Shown here: piece by piece, positions 1-9,953 of the stretch
Layout: each line of letters opens with the position of its first letter
How positions within the stretch are numbered: the first letter of the stretch is position 1
DNA from: Escherichia coli
Lineage (GTDB): Bacteria; Pseudomonadota; Gammaproteobacteria; Enterobacterales; Enterobacteriaceae
DNA: 64,000 bases
Assembly: GCF_050920415.1 (NCBI RefSeq)
Contig: NZ_CP169309.1
Reading direction: 5' to 3' (one strand)
The notes under the pieces: model-generated
What the model saw: the letters and a program-made list of their open reading frames with translations, nothing else
What the model was told of the DNA's origin: nothing
Databases searched by the model: none
Made by a program: the position numbers and the translations under genes

Positions 1-1184
1 AACGGGGCCATCAACTTGATACGTTTACTGAATAGATCGCGAATCTCTTCGGGCGCACTGGCAATCATTTCTGCCTGTGCACCGCCGTGCATTCGCATCA
101 GACTTACCCAGCGATCGAGGCGAGAAGCAAGACGACGCTGTAATTTCTCATCATCCCAGAAGTTACCTTCTGGCACTGACCACTGCATTTCTTCCGTCAG
201 CCATTGCCGCCAGCCCTTCGCCTGCGCTTTCTTTTCGCTGCATTGCTTACGCCACTCAGCAATAAAGAGTTCATGACGGGCAGCGGTATCATTTTCTAGT
301 TTGCTGACTGTCGGCACTTTTTTGCTGCCCTGCTGAATAATATGCAGCGCCAGCGCATGAAACGTGCGCGCGGTAATGTCTTCGGTATGTAGCCGTTCGC
401 GAATACGCTCATCCATCTCTTCAGCAGCTTTGCGACCAAAAGCCAGCAATAAAATTTGTTCAGGAGCGGCGTCACCTCGCGCCAGCAACCAGCCTGCACG
501 GGCCACCAGCACCGACGTTTTTCCGCTTCCTGCACCGGCCAGCACTAACAGAGAATGCTCGCCGTTAACGACTGCCCGGGCCTGCGCCGGATTCAGCGGT
601 GAAGACTCAACCTGACGGAAAAAATCCGCATACTCGGTAAGCATAGCTTCGGTATACGCCTGATTATGCTGCAACCGAGCGCCTTCAATATCTTTTAACC
701 AGGCCTGACATTTACGCCACGCCTCACGGCAGTTATCGAATTCTTCCAGTCGGTTGACCGGCAACGGCAACGCCAACAAAGCCTGGCGGATTTGTTGCTG
801 CACGCCAGAAGTTTGCTCACGCGTCAGCCATTTATTTTCTCCGGTGCGCGTGGCAATCAAATCCAGTTGCTGCTGTAAAACACCTGCCGCAATTTCGCTC
901 ATCTCCGCACTCCACCGCCGCCAGTGAGCATCAAGATGATGGTAAAAACGCTGCGTCTCGCCCCATTCGGTGCCGTGCAGACGCACCACTTTTTCGTCCG
1001 GCAGTACAAATTCCAGCTCGCCCCATACCAGACCGCGCTTACAGTGAATTGCCAGTAATTGATTGAAAGGAATAAGGTATTCGTGGCGATCGCCGGAGAC
1101 TTTAATCCCGGCATTGAGGATCACCGCCCGATCGTAAGGGTGCTGTGCCAGACGTTTTCCAAGCGTTGTCGCTTTCAGTTCCAT
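1..1184 (-). CDS. helD: DNA helicase IV, N-terminal part (3' end beyond window start)
   Basis: ATG at complement 1182-1184 opens a frame that runs off the window edge; translation begins MELKATTLGKRLAQHPYDRAV..., recognised as HelD; position next to yccF fits K-12 synteny. Confidence 0.8.
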   Translation of the reverse strand, partial: MELKATTLGKRLAQHPYDRAVILNAGIKVSGDRHEYLIPFNQLLAIHCKRGLVWGELEFVLPDEKVVRLHGTEWGETQRFYHHLDAHWRRWSAEMSEIAAGVLQQQLDLIATRTGENKWLTREQTSGVQQQIRQALLALPLPVNRLEEFDNCREAWRKCQAWLKDIEGARLQHNQAYTEAMLTEYADFFRQVESSPLNPAQARAVVNGEHSLLVLAGAGSGKTSVLVARAGWLLARGDAAPEQILLLAFGRKAAEEMDERIRERLHTEDITARTFHALALHIIQQGSKKVPTVSKLENDTAARHELFIAEWRKQCSEKKAQAKGWRQWLTEEMQWSVPEGNFWDDEKLQRRLASRLDRWVSLMRMHGGAQAEMIASAPEEIRDLFSKRIKLMAP

Positions 1185-1306
1185 GACTCTGTAGATCCAC
1201 ACGAAATGATTTCTTATCAGTGTAACCGTCAGAGAAAACGTGCTCCAGCCCAAAAAAACGTTACAATTGCCGCCCATTACTGAAAACCACAGTAAAGCGA
1301 GGTTTT

Positions 1307-1753
1307 ATGCGTACCGTTTTGAACATTCTGAACTTTGTGCTTGGCGGATTTGCCACCACTCTGGGCTGGCTGTTGGCGACTCTGGTCAGTATTGTGCTAA
1401 TTTTTACCTTACCGCTGACACGATCCTGCTGGGAGATCACTAAACTGTCTCTGGTGCCTTATGGCAATGAAGCTATTCATGTCGATGAACTGAACCCGGC
1501 TGGCAAAAATGTGCTGCTGAATACTGGCGGTACGGTATTGAATATTTTCTGGCTGATTTTCTTTGGCTGGTGGTTATGCCTGATGCACATTGCAACGGGC
1601 ATCGCACAATGTATTTCCATCATTGGCATTCCTGTCGGCATTGCGAACTTTAAAATTGCCGCTATTGCACTATGGCCGGTCGGTCGTCGCGTGGTATCGG
1701 TAGAAACAGCGCAAGCTGCGCGTGAAGCCAATGCACGTCGTCGTTTTGAATAA
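1307..1753 (+). CDS. yccF: inner membrane protein YccF (DUF307)
   Basis: 148-aa ORF, ATG at 1307, hydrophobic throughout; recognised as YccF. Confidence 0.9.
   Translation: MRTVLNILNFVLGGFATTLGWLLATLVSIVLIFTLPLTRSCWEITKLSLVPYGNEAIHVDELNPAGKNVLLNTGGTVLNIFWLIFFGWWLCLMHIATGIAQCISIIGIPVGIANFKIAAIALWPVGRRVVSVETAQAAREANARRRFE
1566..1573 (+). other. Chi octamer GCTGGTGG (RecBCD hotspot motif)
   Basis: exact 8-mer read in sequence inside yccF; activity depends on orientation relative to RecBCD entry. Confidence 0.5.
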
Positions 1754-1771
1754 TCCACTAATATGGCCTTT

Positions 1772-3925
1772 ATGCTAAGTCCTTTGCTCAAACGCTATAC
1801 CTGGAACAGCGCCTGGCTGTATTACGCGCGTATTTTTATTGCGCTTTGTGGAACCACAGCGTTTCCGTGGTGGCTGGGTGATGTAAAACTGACGATTCCG
1901 CTGACGCTGGGGATGGTGGCAGCGGCGCTGACAGATCTCGATGACCGGCTGGCGGGACGTTTGCGTAACCTCATCATTACGCTGTTCTGCTTTTTTATCG
2001 CCTCGGCCTCAGTAGAATTGCTGTTTCCCTGGCCCTGGCTATTTGCAATTGGTTTAACGCTCTCTACCAGCGGCTTCATTTTGCTCGGCGGTCTGGGTCA
2101 ACGCTATGCAACAATTGCCTTCGGTGCGTTACTGATCGCCATTTACACTATGTTGGGGACGTCACTGTATGAGCACTGGTATCAGCAGCCGATGTATCTG
2201 CTGGCCGGTGCCGTCTGGTACAACGTCCTGACACTTATTGGTCATCTACTGTTCCCGGTCCGCCCGCTGCAGGACAACCTGGCGCGTTGCTATGAACAAC
2301 TGGCGCGTTACCTTGAGCTCAAGTCACGCATGTTTGATCCTGATATTGAAGATGAAAGCCAGGCACCGCTGTACGATTTGGCTCTCGCCAACGGTCAGCT
2401 GATGGCGACATTGAATCAGACGAAACTCTCGCTGCTGACCCGCTTACGTGGCGATCGTGGTCAACGGGGAACGCGTCGCACGCTGCATTATTACTTTGTC
2501 GCGCAGGATATTCACGAGCGTGCCAGCTCTTCTCATATTCAGTATCAAACATTGCGTGAACATTTTCGCCACAGCGACGTGCTGTTCCGTTTTCAGCGAC
2601 TGATGTCGATGCAGGGCCAGGCGTGCCAGCAACTGTCACGCTGTATTTTGCTGCGTCAGCCTTATCAACATGATCCGCATTTTGAGCGCGCTTTTACGCA
2701 TATTGATGCTGCGCTAGAGCGGATGCGCGATAACGGCGCGCCTGCCGATTTACTCAAAACACTGGGATTTTTGCTGAACAATTTACGCGCTATTGATGCC
2801 CAACTGGCAACAATTGAATCAGAACAGGCCCAGGCACTGCCCCATAATAATGACGAAAATGAGCTCGCTGATGACAGCCCGCACGGATTGAGTGATATCT
2901 GGCTGCGTCTTAGCCGTCACTTCACACCGGAATCCGCCCTCTTCCGTCATGCGGTAAGAATGTCGCTGGTGTTGTGCTTCGGCTACGCCATCATTCAGAT
3001 AACCGGAATGCATCACGGGTATTGGATCTTGCTGACAAGTTTGTTTGTCTGCCAGCCAAACTATAACGCCACGCGCCACCGCCTGAAGTTAAGGATTATT
3101 GGTACGCTGGTAGGTATCGCCATTGGCATTCCTGTGCTGTGGTTTGTGCCGTCACTGGAAGGGCAGCTGGTGCTGCTGGTTATTACCGGCGTGCTCTTTT
3201 TTGCCTTCCGTAACGTGCAATATGCCCATGCAACGATGTTCATCACACTTTTGGTGCTACTTTGTTTTAACTTGCTGGGTGAAGGTTTCGAAGTGGCGTT
3301 ACCTCGCGTAATCGATACGCTGATTGGTTGTGCCATTGCGTGGGCGGCGGTGAGCTACATCTGGCCTGACTGGAAGTTTCGCAATCTGCCGCGCATGCTC
3401 GAACGTGCCACCGAGGCCAACTGTCGCTATCTCGATGCCATACTGGAGCAATACCATCAGGGGCGTGATAACCGTCTGGCGTATCGTATTGCCCGCCGCG
3501 ATGCACACAACCGTGATGCTGAACTGGCGTCGGTGGTATCAAATATGTCCAGCGAGCCGAACGTTACCCCGCAAATTCGCGAGGCCGCGTTTCGGTTGCT
3601 GTGCCTTAACCATACGTTTACCAGCTATATCTCAGCCCTCGGTGCTCACCGGGAGCAGTTAACTAATCCTGAAATTCTGGCGTTTCTTGATGACGCAGTT
3701 TGCTATGTTGATGACGCGCTACATCATCAACCTGCTGATGAAGAACGCGTCAATCAGGCATTAGCTGACCTGAAACAGCGGATGCAGCAACTTGAACCAC
3801 GGGCAGACAGCAAAGAACCTCTGGTCGTACAACAAGTCGGGTTATTGATTGCATTACTGCCAGAGATTGGTCGTCTGCAACGCCAGATTACTCAAGTTCC
3901 GCAGGAAACTCCTGTTTCGGCGTAA
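1772..3925 (+). CDS. yccS: putative transporter YccS (FUSC-like inner membrane protein)
   Basis: 720-aa ORF from 1763; second ATG at 1772 gives the 717-aa form I recall (MLSPLLKRYTW...); 18 bp downstream of yccF. Confidence 0.85.
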   Translation: MLSPLLKRYTWNSAWLYYARIFIALCGTTAFPWWLGDVKLTIPLTLGMVAAALTDLDDRLAGRLRNLIITLFCFFIASASVELLFPWPWLFAIGLTLSTSGFILLGGLGQRYATIAFGALLIAIYTMLGTSLYEHWYQQPMYLLAGAVWYNVLTLIGHLLFPVRPLQDNLARCYEQLARYLELKSRMFDPDIEDESQAPLYDLALANGQLMATLNQTKLSLLTRLRGDRGQRGTRRTLHYYFVAQDIHERASSSHIQYQTLREHFRHSDVLFRFQRLMSMQGQACQQLSRCILLRQPYQHDPHFERAFTHIDAALERMRDNGAPADLLKTLGFLLNNLRAIDAQLATIESEQAQALPHNNDENELADDSPHGLSDIWLRLSRHFTPESALFRHAVRMSLVLCFGYAIIQITGMHHGYWILLTSLFVCQPNYNATRHRLKLRIIGTLVGIAIGIPVLWFVPSLEGQLVLLVITGVLFFAFRNVQYAHATMFITLLVLLCFNLLGEGFEVALPRVIDTLIGCAIAWAAVSYIWPDWKFRNLPRMLERATEANCRYLDAILEQYHQGRDNRLAYRIARRDAHNRDAELASVVSNMSSEPNVTPQIREAAFRLLCLNHTFTSYISALGAHREQLTNPEILAFLDDAVCYVDDALHHQPADEERVNQALADLKQRMQQLEPRADSKEPLVVQQVGLLIALLPEIGRLQRQITQVPQETPVSA

Positions 3926-4517
3926 GAGAGTCAGCCCATTCTGCAAGCTCCTGGCGGCGTGCCACCGGGAGCGCAGCTTCATGAATGCCGATAATGGCCC
4001 CTTCAAGCATAAACAGAATCTTTTCTGTCACCAGACTGTTTTGCTGCCGCAGTCGCAACCAACACATTTTTGCCCCAAGTATACGTAACGCCCGTACATC
4101 CTTAATCCCCACCTCCCCGAGTATCGCTTCCAGATGAAAAGACATATTGGGCAAATCTTTCAGTCTTTCCCGGGTATTGCGCGTGCTTTTCTCTTTCAGC
4201 GCTGCATCGAGAGAATATTTCGACAGACGCACCAGCTTCAGTTGATTTCGCCATAGACTTTCATCAACCCGATAGTAATTGAGGGTAACGGATCGGCCAC
4301 ACTTTTTATATGTCAGCCAGACAGGCGGATGTTTTACACAGTACTGTGCACTTTGCTCACAAGCCCGAAGATACAACTCACCATCAGAAACCATCGCAAA
4401 CACCGTGTCGTCAACGGTCAGGCTGTAACTACCAAACAATGATCGGTATTCAATTGTGCCCAACGTTGCCAGGTATTCTTGTGATTTATAGATCCGCTTA
4501 TAGGAGAGGCTTTTCAT
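3888..4517 (-). CDS. sxy: competence regulator Sxy/TfoX
   Basis: 209-aa ORF (MKSLSYKRIYKSQEYLATLGTIEYRSLFG...) recognised as Sxy; 3' end overlaps 3' end of yccS. Confidence 0.9.
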   Translation of the reverse strand: MKSLSYKRIYKSQEYLATLGTIEYRSLFGSYSLTVDDTVFAMVSDGELYLRACEQSAQYCVKHPPVWLTYKKCGRSVTLNYYRVDESLWRNQLKLVRLSKYSLDAALKEKSTRNTRERLKDLPNMSFHLEAILGEVGIKDVRALRILGAKMCWLRLRQQNSLVTEKILFMLEGAIIGIHEAALPVARRQELAEWADSLTPKQEFPAELE

Positions 4518-4693
4518 AAAATTCCTTTTAAAATCATAACATAAAAGAATGATTCACATTAACGGATCCGTTAACTACGAAAATAGGCAACTTATTCTTA
4601 AGGGGCAAGATTAATTTATGTTTTCCCGTCACTAACGACAAAATTTGCGAGGCTCTTTCCGAAAATAGGGTTGATCTTTGTCGTCACTGGATG

Positions 4694-4713
4694 TACTGTA
4701 CATCCATACAGTA
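4694..4713 (+). promoter_or_regulatory. LexA operator (SOS box) of sulA
   Basis: tactgtacatccatacagta: CTGT-N8-ACAG palindrome 23 bp upstream of the sulA ATG. Confidence 0.85.
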
Positions 4714-4735
4714 ACTCACAGGGGCTGGATTGATT

Positions 4736-5245
4736 ATGTACACTTCAGGCTATGCACATCGTTCTTCGTCGTTCTCATCCGCAGCAAGTAAAATTGCGCG
4801 TGTCTCTACGGAAAACACTACAGCCGGGCTTATCAGTGAAGTTGTCTATCGCGAAGATCAGCCCATGATGACGCAACTTCTACTGTTGCCATTGTTACAG
4901 CAACTCGGTCAGCAATCGCGCTGGCAACTCTGGTTAACACCGCAACAAAAACTGAGTCGGGAATGGGTACAGGCATCTGGGCTACCCTTAACGAAAGTGA
5001 TGCAGATTAGCCAGCTCTCCCCTTGCCACACTGTGGAGTCAATGGTTCGCGCTTTACGCACGGGCAATTACAGTGTGGTGATCGGTTGGTTGGCAGATGA
5101 TTTGACTGAAGAAGAGCATGCTGAACTTGTTGATGCGGCAAATGAAGGTAACGCTATGGGGTTTATTATGCGTCCGGTAAGCGCATCCTCTCACGCAACG
5201 AGACAACTTTCCGGGCTAAAAATTCACTCTAATTTGTATCATTAA
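4736..5245 (+). CDS. sulA: SOS cell-division inhibitor SulA
   Basis: ORF track starts at a TTG (4730); ATG at 4736 gives 169-aa [13 protein letters not shown]..., recognised as SulA. Confidence 0.9.
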
Positions 5246-5433
5246 GTAAATTTAGGAGTAATCCTGGAACTTTTTTTGTCGCCCAGCCAATGCTTTCAGT
5301 CGTGACTAATATTCCTTGCGAAGTCTTGTCTGAAGCGGTTTCCGCGATTTTCCTCTGTAAATTGCCGCTGACAAAAAAGATTAAACATACCTTATACAAG
5401 ACTTTTTTTTCATATGCCTGACGGAGTTCACAC

Positions 5434-5601
5434 TTGTAAGTTTTCAACTACGTTGTAGACTTTACATCGCCAGGGGTGCTCGGCATAAGCCGAAGATATC
5501 GGTAGAGTTAATATTGAGCAGATCCCCCGGTGAAGGATTTAACCGTGTTATCTCGTTGGAGATATTCATGGCGTATTTTGGATGATAACGAGGCGCAAAA
5601 A
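5434..5601 (+). promoter_or_regulatory. ompA promoter and 133-nt 5' UTR (Hfq/sRNA and RNase E target region)
   Basis: candidate -35 ttgtaa (5434-5439) and -10 tagact (5456-5461); leader beginning gccaggggtgctcggcataagccg at 5469 matches the ompA leader as I recall it. Confidence 0.65.
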
Positions 5602-6654
5602 ATGAAAAAGACAGCTATCGCGATTGCAGTGGCACTGGCTGGTTTCGCTACCGTAGCGCAGGCCGCTCCGAAAGATAACACCTGGTACACTGGTGCTAAA
5701 CTGGGCTGGTCCCAGTACCATGACACTGGTTTCATCAACAACAATGGTCCGACCCACGAAAACCAACTGGGTGCAGGTGCTTTTGGTGGTTACCAGGTTA
5801 ACCCGTATGTTGGCTTTGAAATGGGTTACGACTGGTTAGGTCGTATGCCGTACAAAGGCGACAACATCAATGGCGCATATAAAGCTCAGGGCGTTCAACT
5901 GACCGCCAAACTGGGTTACCCAATCACTGACGATCTGGACATCTACACTCGTCTGGGTGGTATGGTATGGCGTGCAGACACCAAGGCTAACGTACCTGGT
6001 GGCGCATCCTTTAAAGACCACGATACCGGTGTTTCTCCGGTCTTCGCTGGCGGTGTTGAGTACGCGATCACTCCTGAAATCGCTACCCGTCTGGAATACC
6101 AGTGGACCAACAACATCGGTGACGCACACACCATCGGTACTCGTCCGGACAACGGCCTGCTGAGCCTGGGTGTTTCCTACCGTTTCGGTCAGGGCGAAGC
6201 AGCTCCAGTAGTTGCTCCGGCACCAGCTCCGGCACCGGAAGTACAGACCAAGCACTTCACTCTGAAGTCTGACGTTCTGTTCAACTTCAACAAAGCAACC
6301 CTGAAACCGGAAGGTCAGGCTGCTCTGGATCAGCTGTACAGCCAGCTGAGCAACCTGGATCCGAAAGATGGTTCCGTAGTTGTTCTGGGTTACACTGACC
6401 GCATCGGTTCTGACGCTTACAACCAGGGTCTGTCCGAGCGTCGTGCTCAGTCCGTTGTTGATTACCTGATCTCCAAAGGTATCCCGGCAGACAAAATCTC
6501 TGCACGTGGTATGGGTGAATCCAACCCGGTTACTGGCAACACCTGTGACAACGTGAAACAGCGTGCTGCGCTGATCGACTGCCTGGCTCCGGATCGTCGC
6601 GTAGAGATCGAAGTTAAAGGCATCAAAGACGTTGTAACTCAGCCGCAGGCTTAA
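5602..6654 (+). CDS. ompA: outer membrane protein A
   Basis: [21 protein letters not shown] signal peptide, beta-barrel region, APAPAPAP hinge, C-terminal OmpA-like domain; ORF-track start at 5530 is an in-frame extension into the 5' UTR. Confidence 0.95.
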   Translation: MKKTAIAIAVALAGFATVAQAAPKDNTWYTGAKLGWSQYHDTGFINNNGPTHENQLGAGAFGGYQVNPYVGFEMGYDWLGRMPYKGDNINGAYKAQGVQLTAKLGYPITDDLDIYTRLGGMVWRADTKANVPGGASFKDHDTGVSPVFAGGVEYAITPEIATRLEYQWTNNIGDAHTIGTRPDNGLLSLGVSYRFGQGEAAPVVAPAPAPAPEVQTKHFTLKSDVLFNFNKATLKPEGQAALDQLYSQLSNLDPKDGSVVVLGYTDRIGSDAYNQGLSERRAQSVVDYLISKGIPADKISARGMGESNPVTGNTCDNVKQRAALIDCLAPDRRVEIEVKGIKDVVTQPQA

Positions 6655-6670
6655 GTTATCGTCTGATAGA

Positions 6671-6698
6671 AAAACCCCGCAGCTGCGGGGTTTTTTTT
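6671..6698. terminator. bidirectional rho-independent terminator between convergent ompA and matP
   Basis: A-run, GC stem ccccgcagctgcgggg (6675-6690), then T8 (6691-6698). Confidence 0.8.
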
Positions 6699-6730
6699 CG
6701 CCTTGCGTAAATTGAACTGACTTTCGACAG

Positions 6731-7183
6731 TTATTCCTTACCCAGCAATGCCTGCAGATCCTGCTTTAGAGAAGACATTTTATTCGCGTATTTCTCTTTG
6801 TTTTCCGCATCTTCAATCAGCTGAACAATCGTTTCAGAAAGCGTTTTACCGCGACGCTGCGCAAGACCAGCCAGACGTTGCCAGACAATAAATTCCAGAT
6901 CGATCGATTTTTTGCGCGTATGCTGGTGTTCCGCATTAAAATGGCGCTTCCGTCTGGCCCGAATGGTTTGCTTCATGCGATTGACCAGTTCCGGATTCAT
7001 ATGCTTGTCAATCCAGCCATTTACCAGCACGGGTTCATTTTCCAGCGAGAGCAACACATCGACGGCTTCCTGGGCGGCACTGGCTTCTATGTAACGGGTG
7101 ATTAACTCCCCTTCGCGGTGCTTCTTCACCAGATACTTCCATTTCCAACCGCTTTCAAGATTTTCAAGTTGTTGATATTTCAT
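6731..7183 (-). CDS. matP: macrodomain Ter organiser MatP
   Basis: 150-aa [29 protein letters not shown]... recognised as MatP (YcbG). Confidence 0.9.
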
Positions 7184-7368
7184 AGCGATCTCAATGTTAC
7201 CGTGTAACTCTTTACAGAATATCAGCTTTTTAGGCCAGTGAAGAAAAGAATCTCCATCCTGTGAGCTTTAACGCCCATGCCAGGAGTATTGTCGGTGCTT
7301 TCTACGTGTGCTGCAGTGCCGGTTACGGTATAATCGCGGCTTTGACAACAGACTAAAAAACATCAACT

Positions 7369-9129
7369 TTGACCATTACGAAACTTGCATGGCGTGACCT
7401 GGTTCCTGATACCGATAGCTATCAGGAAATATATGCTCAGCCACATTTGATTGACGAAAACGATCCTATATTCAGTGATACTCAACCGCGACTGCAATTT
7501 GCGCTGGAGCAGTTGCTGCATACGCGAGCATCCTCCTCTTTTATGCTGGCGAAGGCCCCGGAAGAGTCTGAGTATCTGAATCTTATTGCCGATGCCGCGC
7601 GTGCGCTACAAAGCGATGCAGGCCAACTGGTGGGCGGTCACTATGAGGTTTCCGGCCACACCATCCGCTTACGTAACGCAGTGAGTGCAGATGATAATTT
7701 TGCGACTTTAACGCAAGTTGTCACTGCCGACTGGGTAGAAGCGGAACAACTCTTTGGCTGCCTGCGCCAGTTTAATGGTGACATTACCCTGCAGCCAGGT
7801 CTGGTGCATCAGGCAAATGGCGGTATTCTCATCATCTCTTTGCGTACACTGCTGGCGCAACCTCTGCTGTGGATGCGGCTGAAAAATATCGTTAACCGCG
7901 AGCGTTTTGACTGGGTTGCGTTTGACGAGTCGCGCCCTCTCCCCGTCTCTGTGCCTTCGATGCCATTGAAGCTGAAAGTCATTCTGGTAGGCGAACGCGA
8001 ATCATTAGCTGATTTCCAGGAGATGGAGCCAGAGCTTGCTGAGCAGGCTATTTATAGCGAATTTGAAGATACTCTGCAGATTGTCGATGCGGAGTCAGTA
8101 AACCAGTGGTGTCGTTGGGTGACATTTACCGCCAGACATAACCACTTACCTGCACCGGGAGCGGATGCCTGGCCGGTACTTATTCGCGAAGCCGCACGCT
8201 ACACCGGTGAACAAGAAACACTGCCGCTTAGCCCGCAGTGGATCCTCCGCCAGTGTAAAGAGGTCGCCTCACTGTGTGATGGCGACACCTTCTCCGGCGA
8301 GCAGCTAAACTTAATGTTACAGCAGCGTGAATGGCGCGAAGGTTTCCTCGCTGAACGCATGCAGGATGAGATCCTTCAGGAGCAAATCCTGATTGAAACC
8401 GAAGGCGAACGCATCGGGCAAATTAACGCCCTTTCGGTCATTGAATTTCCGGGTCATCCGCGCGCTTTTGGCGAACCTTCTCGCATTAGCTGCGTTGTAC
8501 ATATTGGCGATGGTGAATTCACTGACATCGAACGCAAAGCGGAGCTTGGCGGCAATATCCATGCGAAAGGGATGATGATCATGCAGGCGTTCCTGATGTC
8601 GGAACTTCAGCTTGAGCAACAGATCCCCTTCTCAGCATCGCTGACATTTGAGCAGTCATATAGCGAAGTGGATGGCGATAGTGCCTCAATGGCTGAACTC
8701 TGCGCCCTGATAAGCGCCCTCGCCGATGTGCCGGTGAATCAGAGTATTGCTATCACAGGTTCAGTCGATCAATTCGGTCGCGCCCAGCCAGTCGGTGGTT
8801 TAAATGAGAAAATCGAAGGCTTCTTTGCTATTTGCCAGCAACGTGAGTTAACGGGGAAACAAGGTGTCATTATCCCCACTGCTAACGTTCGCCATTTAAG
8901 TCTTCACAGTGAACTGGTGAAAGCAGTAGAGGAAGGCAAATTCACCATCTGGGCAGTAGACGATGTGACTGAAGCACTGCCGTTATTATTAAATCTGGTG
9001 TGGGATGGCGAAGGCCAAACGACGCTGATGCAAACCATCCAGGAACGTATCGCGCAAGCATCGCAACAGGAAGGACGTCACCGTTTTCCATGGCCATTAC
9101 GTTGGCTGAACTGGTTTATTCCGAACTGA
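7369..9129 (+). CDS. ycbZ: Lon-like protease homolog YcbZ
   Basis: 586-aa ORF with TTG start; C-terminal DGDSAS (Ser codon 8680-8682) resembles the Lon catalytic-Ser motif; no GxxxxGK[ST] P-loop seen by eye. Confidence 0.8.
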
Positions 9130-9140
9130 TCGGACTTGTT
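9124..9140 (+). promoter_or_regulatory. FadR operator of the fabA promoter
   Basis: aactgatcggacttgtt fits the FadR consensus ANCTGGTCNGACNTGTT; overlaps the ycbZ stop codon. Confidence 0.7.
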
Positions 9141-9141
9141 C

Positions 9142-9159
9142 AGCGTACACGTGTTAGCT
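9142..9159 (+). promoter_or_regulatory. probable FabR operator of fabA
   Basis: agcgtacacgtgttagct, palindromic around cacgtg, immediately after the FadR site as I recall for fabA. Confidence 0.5.
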
Positions 9160-9197
9160 ATCCTGCGTGCTTCAATAGAATAAGGCTTACAGAGAAC

Positions 9198-9716
9198 ATG
9201 GTAGATAAACGCGAATCCTATACAAAAGAAGACCTTCTTGCCTCTGGTCGCGGTGAACTGTTTGGCGCTAAAGGCCCGCAATTGCCAGCACCGAACATGC
9301 TGATGATGGACCGTGTCGTCAAAATGACCGAAACGGGGGGGAACTTCGACAAAGGGTATGTTGAAGCAGAACTGGATATCAATCCGGATCTGTGGTTCTT
9401 CGGATGCCACTTCATTGGCGATCCGGTTATGCCGGGATGCCTGGGTCTGGACGCAATGTGGCAGCTGGTAGGGTTCTACCTCGGCTGGCTGGGCGGCGAA
9501 GGTAAAGGCCGCGCACTGGGTGTTGGCGAAGTGAAATTCACTGGTCAGGTTCTGCCGACAGCAAAAAAAGTGACCTACCGTATTCACTTTAAACGCATTG
9601 TTAATCGTCGTCTGATTATGGGTCTGGCAGATGGCGAAGTGCTGGTTGATGGTCGTCTGATTTACACCGCCAGCGACCTGAAAGTCGGTCTGTTCCAGGA
9701 TACGTCTGCCTTCTGA
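9198..9716 (+). CDS. fabA: 3-hydroxydecanoyl-ACP dehydratase/isomerase
   Basis: 172-aa [40 protein letters not shown]...; ORF-track 9000 start is an upstream extension. Confidence 0.95.
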
Positions 9717-9743
9717 TTGAAATCAGACAGAGTATAAAAAGGC

Positions 9744-9773
9744 GAAACCTCCGCATTGCGGAGGTTTCTTTTT
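9744..9773. terminator. rho-independent terminator between convergent fabA and rmf
   Basis: stem gaaacctccgcattgcggaggtttc followed by a T-run. Confidence 0.75.
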
Positions 9774-9785
9774 AAAGAGACAGAA

Positions 9786-9953
9786 TCAGGCCATTACTAC
9801 CCTGTCCGCCATGGCTTCTCGCCAGCCTCCCAGCCATTGTGACCTTTGATTCAGCGTCTGATAGGGACACATTTCTTTTGAGCGTCCGGCGATGCCGGCC
9901 TGATAACCACGTTGATGTGCCCGTTCCAGGCGATCTCGTTTTTGTCTCTTCAT
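9786..9953 (-). CDS. rmf: ribosome modulation factor
   Basis: 55-aa MKRQKRDRLERAHQRGYQAGIAGRSKEMCPYQ... found by hand translation on the minus strand; absent from the ORF track because it is short (the 65-aa ORF 9772-9969 is a different frame). Confidence 0.85.
   Translation of the reverse strand: MKRQKRDRLERAHQRGYQAGIAGRSKEMCPYQTLNQRSQWLGGWREAMADRVVMA

Noticed and set aside
1477-1791. 104-aa minus-strand ORF
   Set aside because: Antisense to yccF and the yccS start.
6200-6245. short tandem gctccggcaccagctccggcaccg repeat in ompA as a phase-variation tract
   Set aside because: It encodes the Ala-Pro hinge (APAPAPAP) between the barrel and the periplasmic domain and is in frame; not a slipped-strand switch.
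9000-9197. upstream in-frame extension of fabA reaching back into ycbZ
   Set aside because: The true fabA start is the ATG at 9198 preceded by the FadR/FabR promoter region; the extension is an artefact of an open frame.
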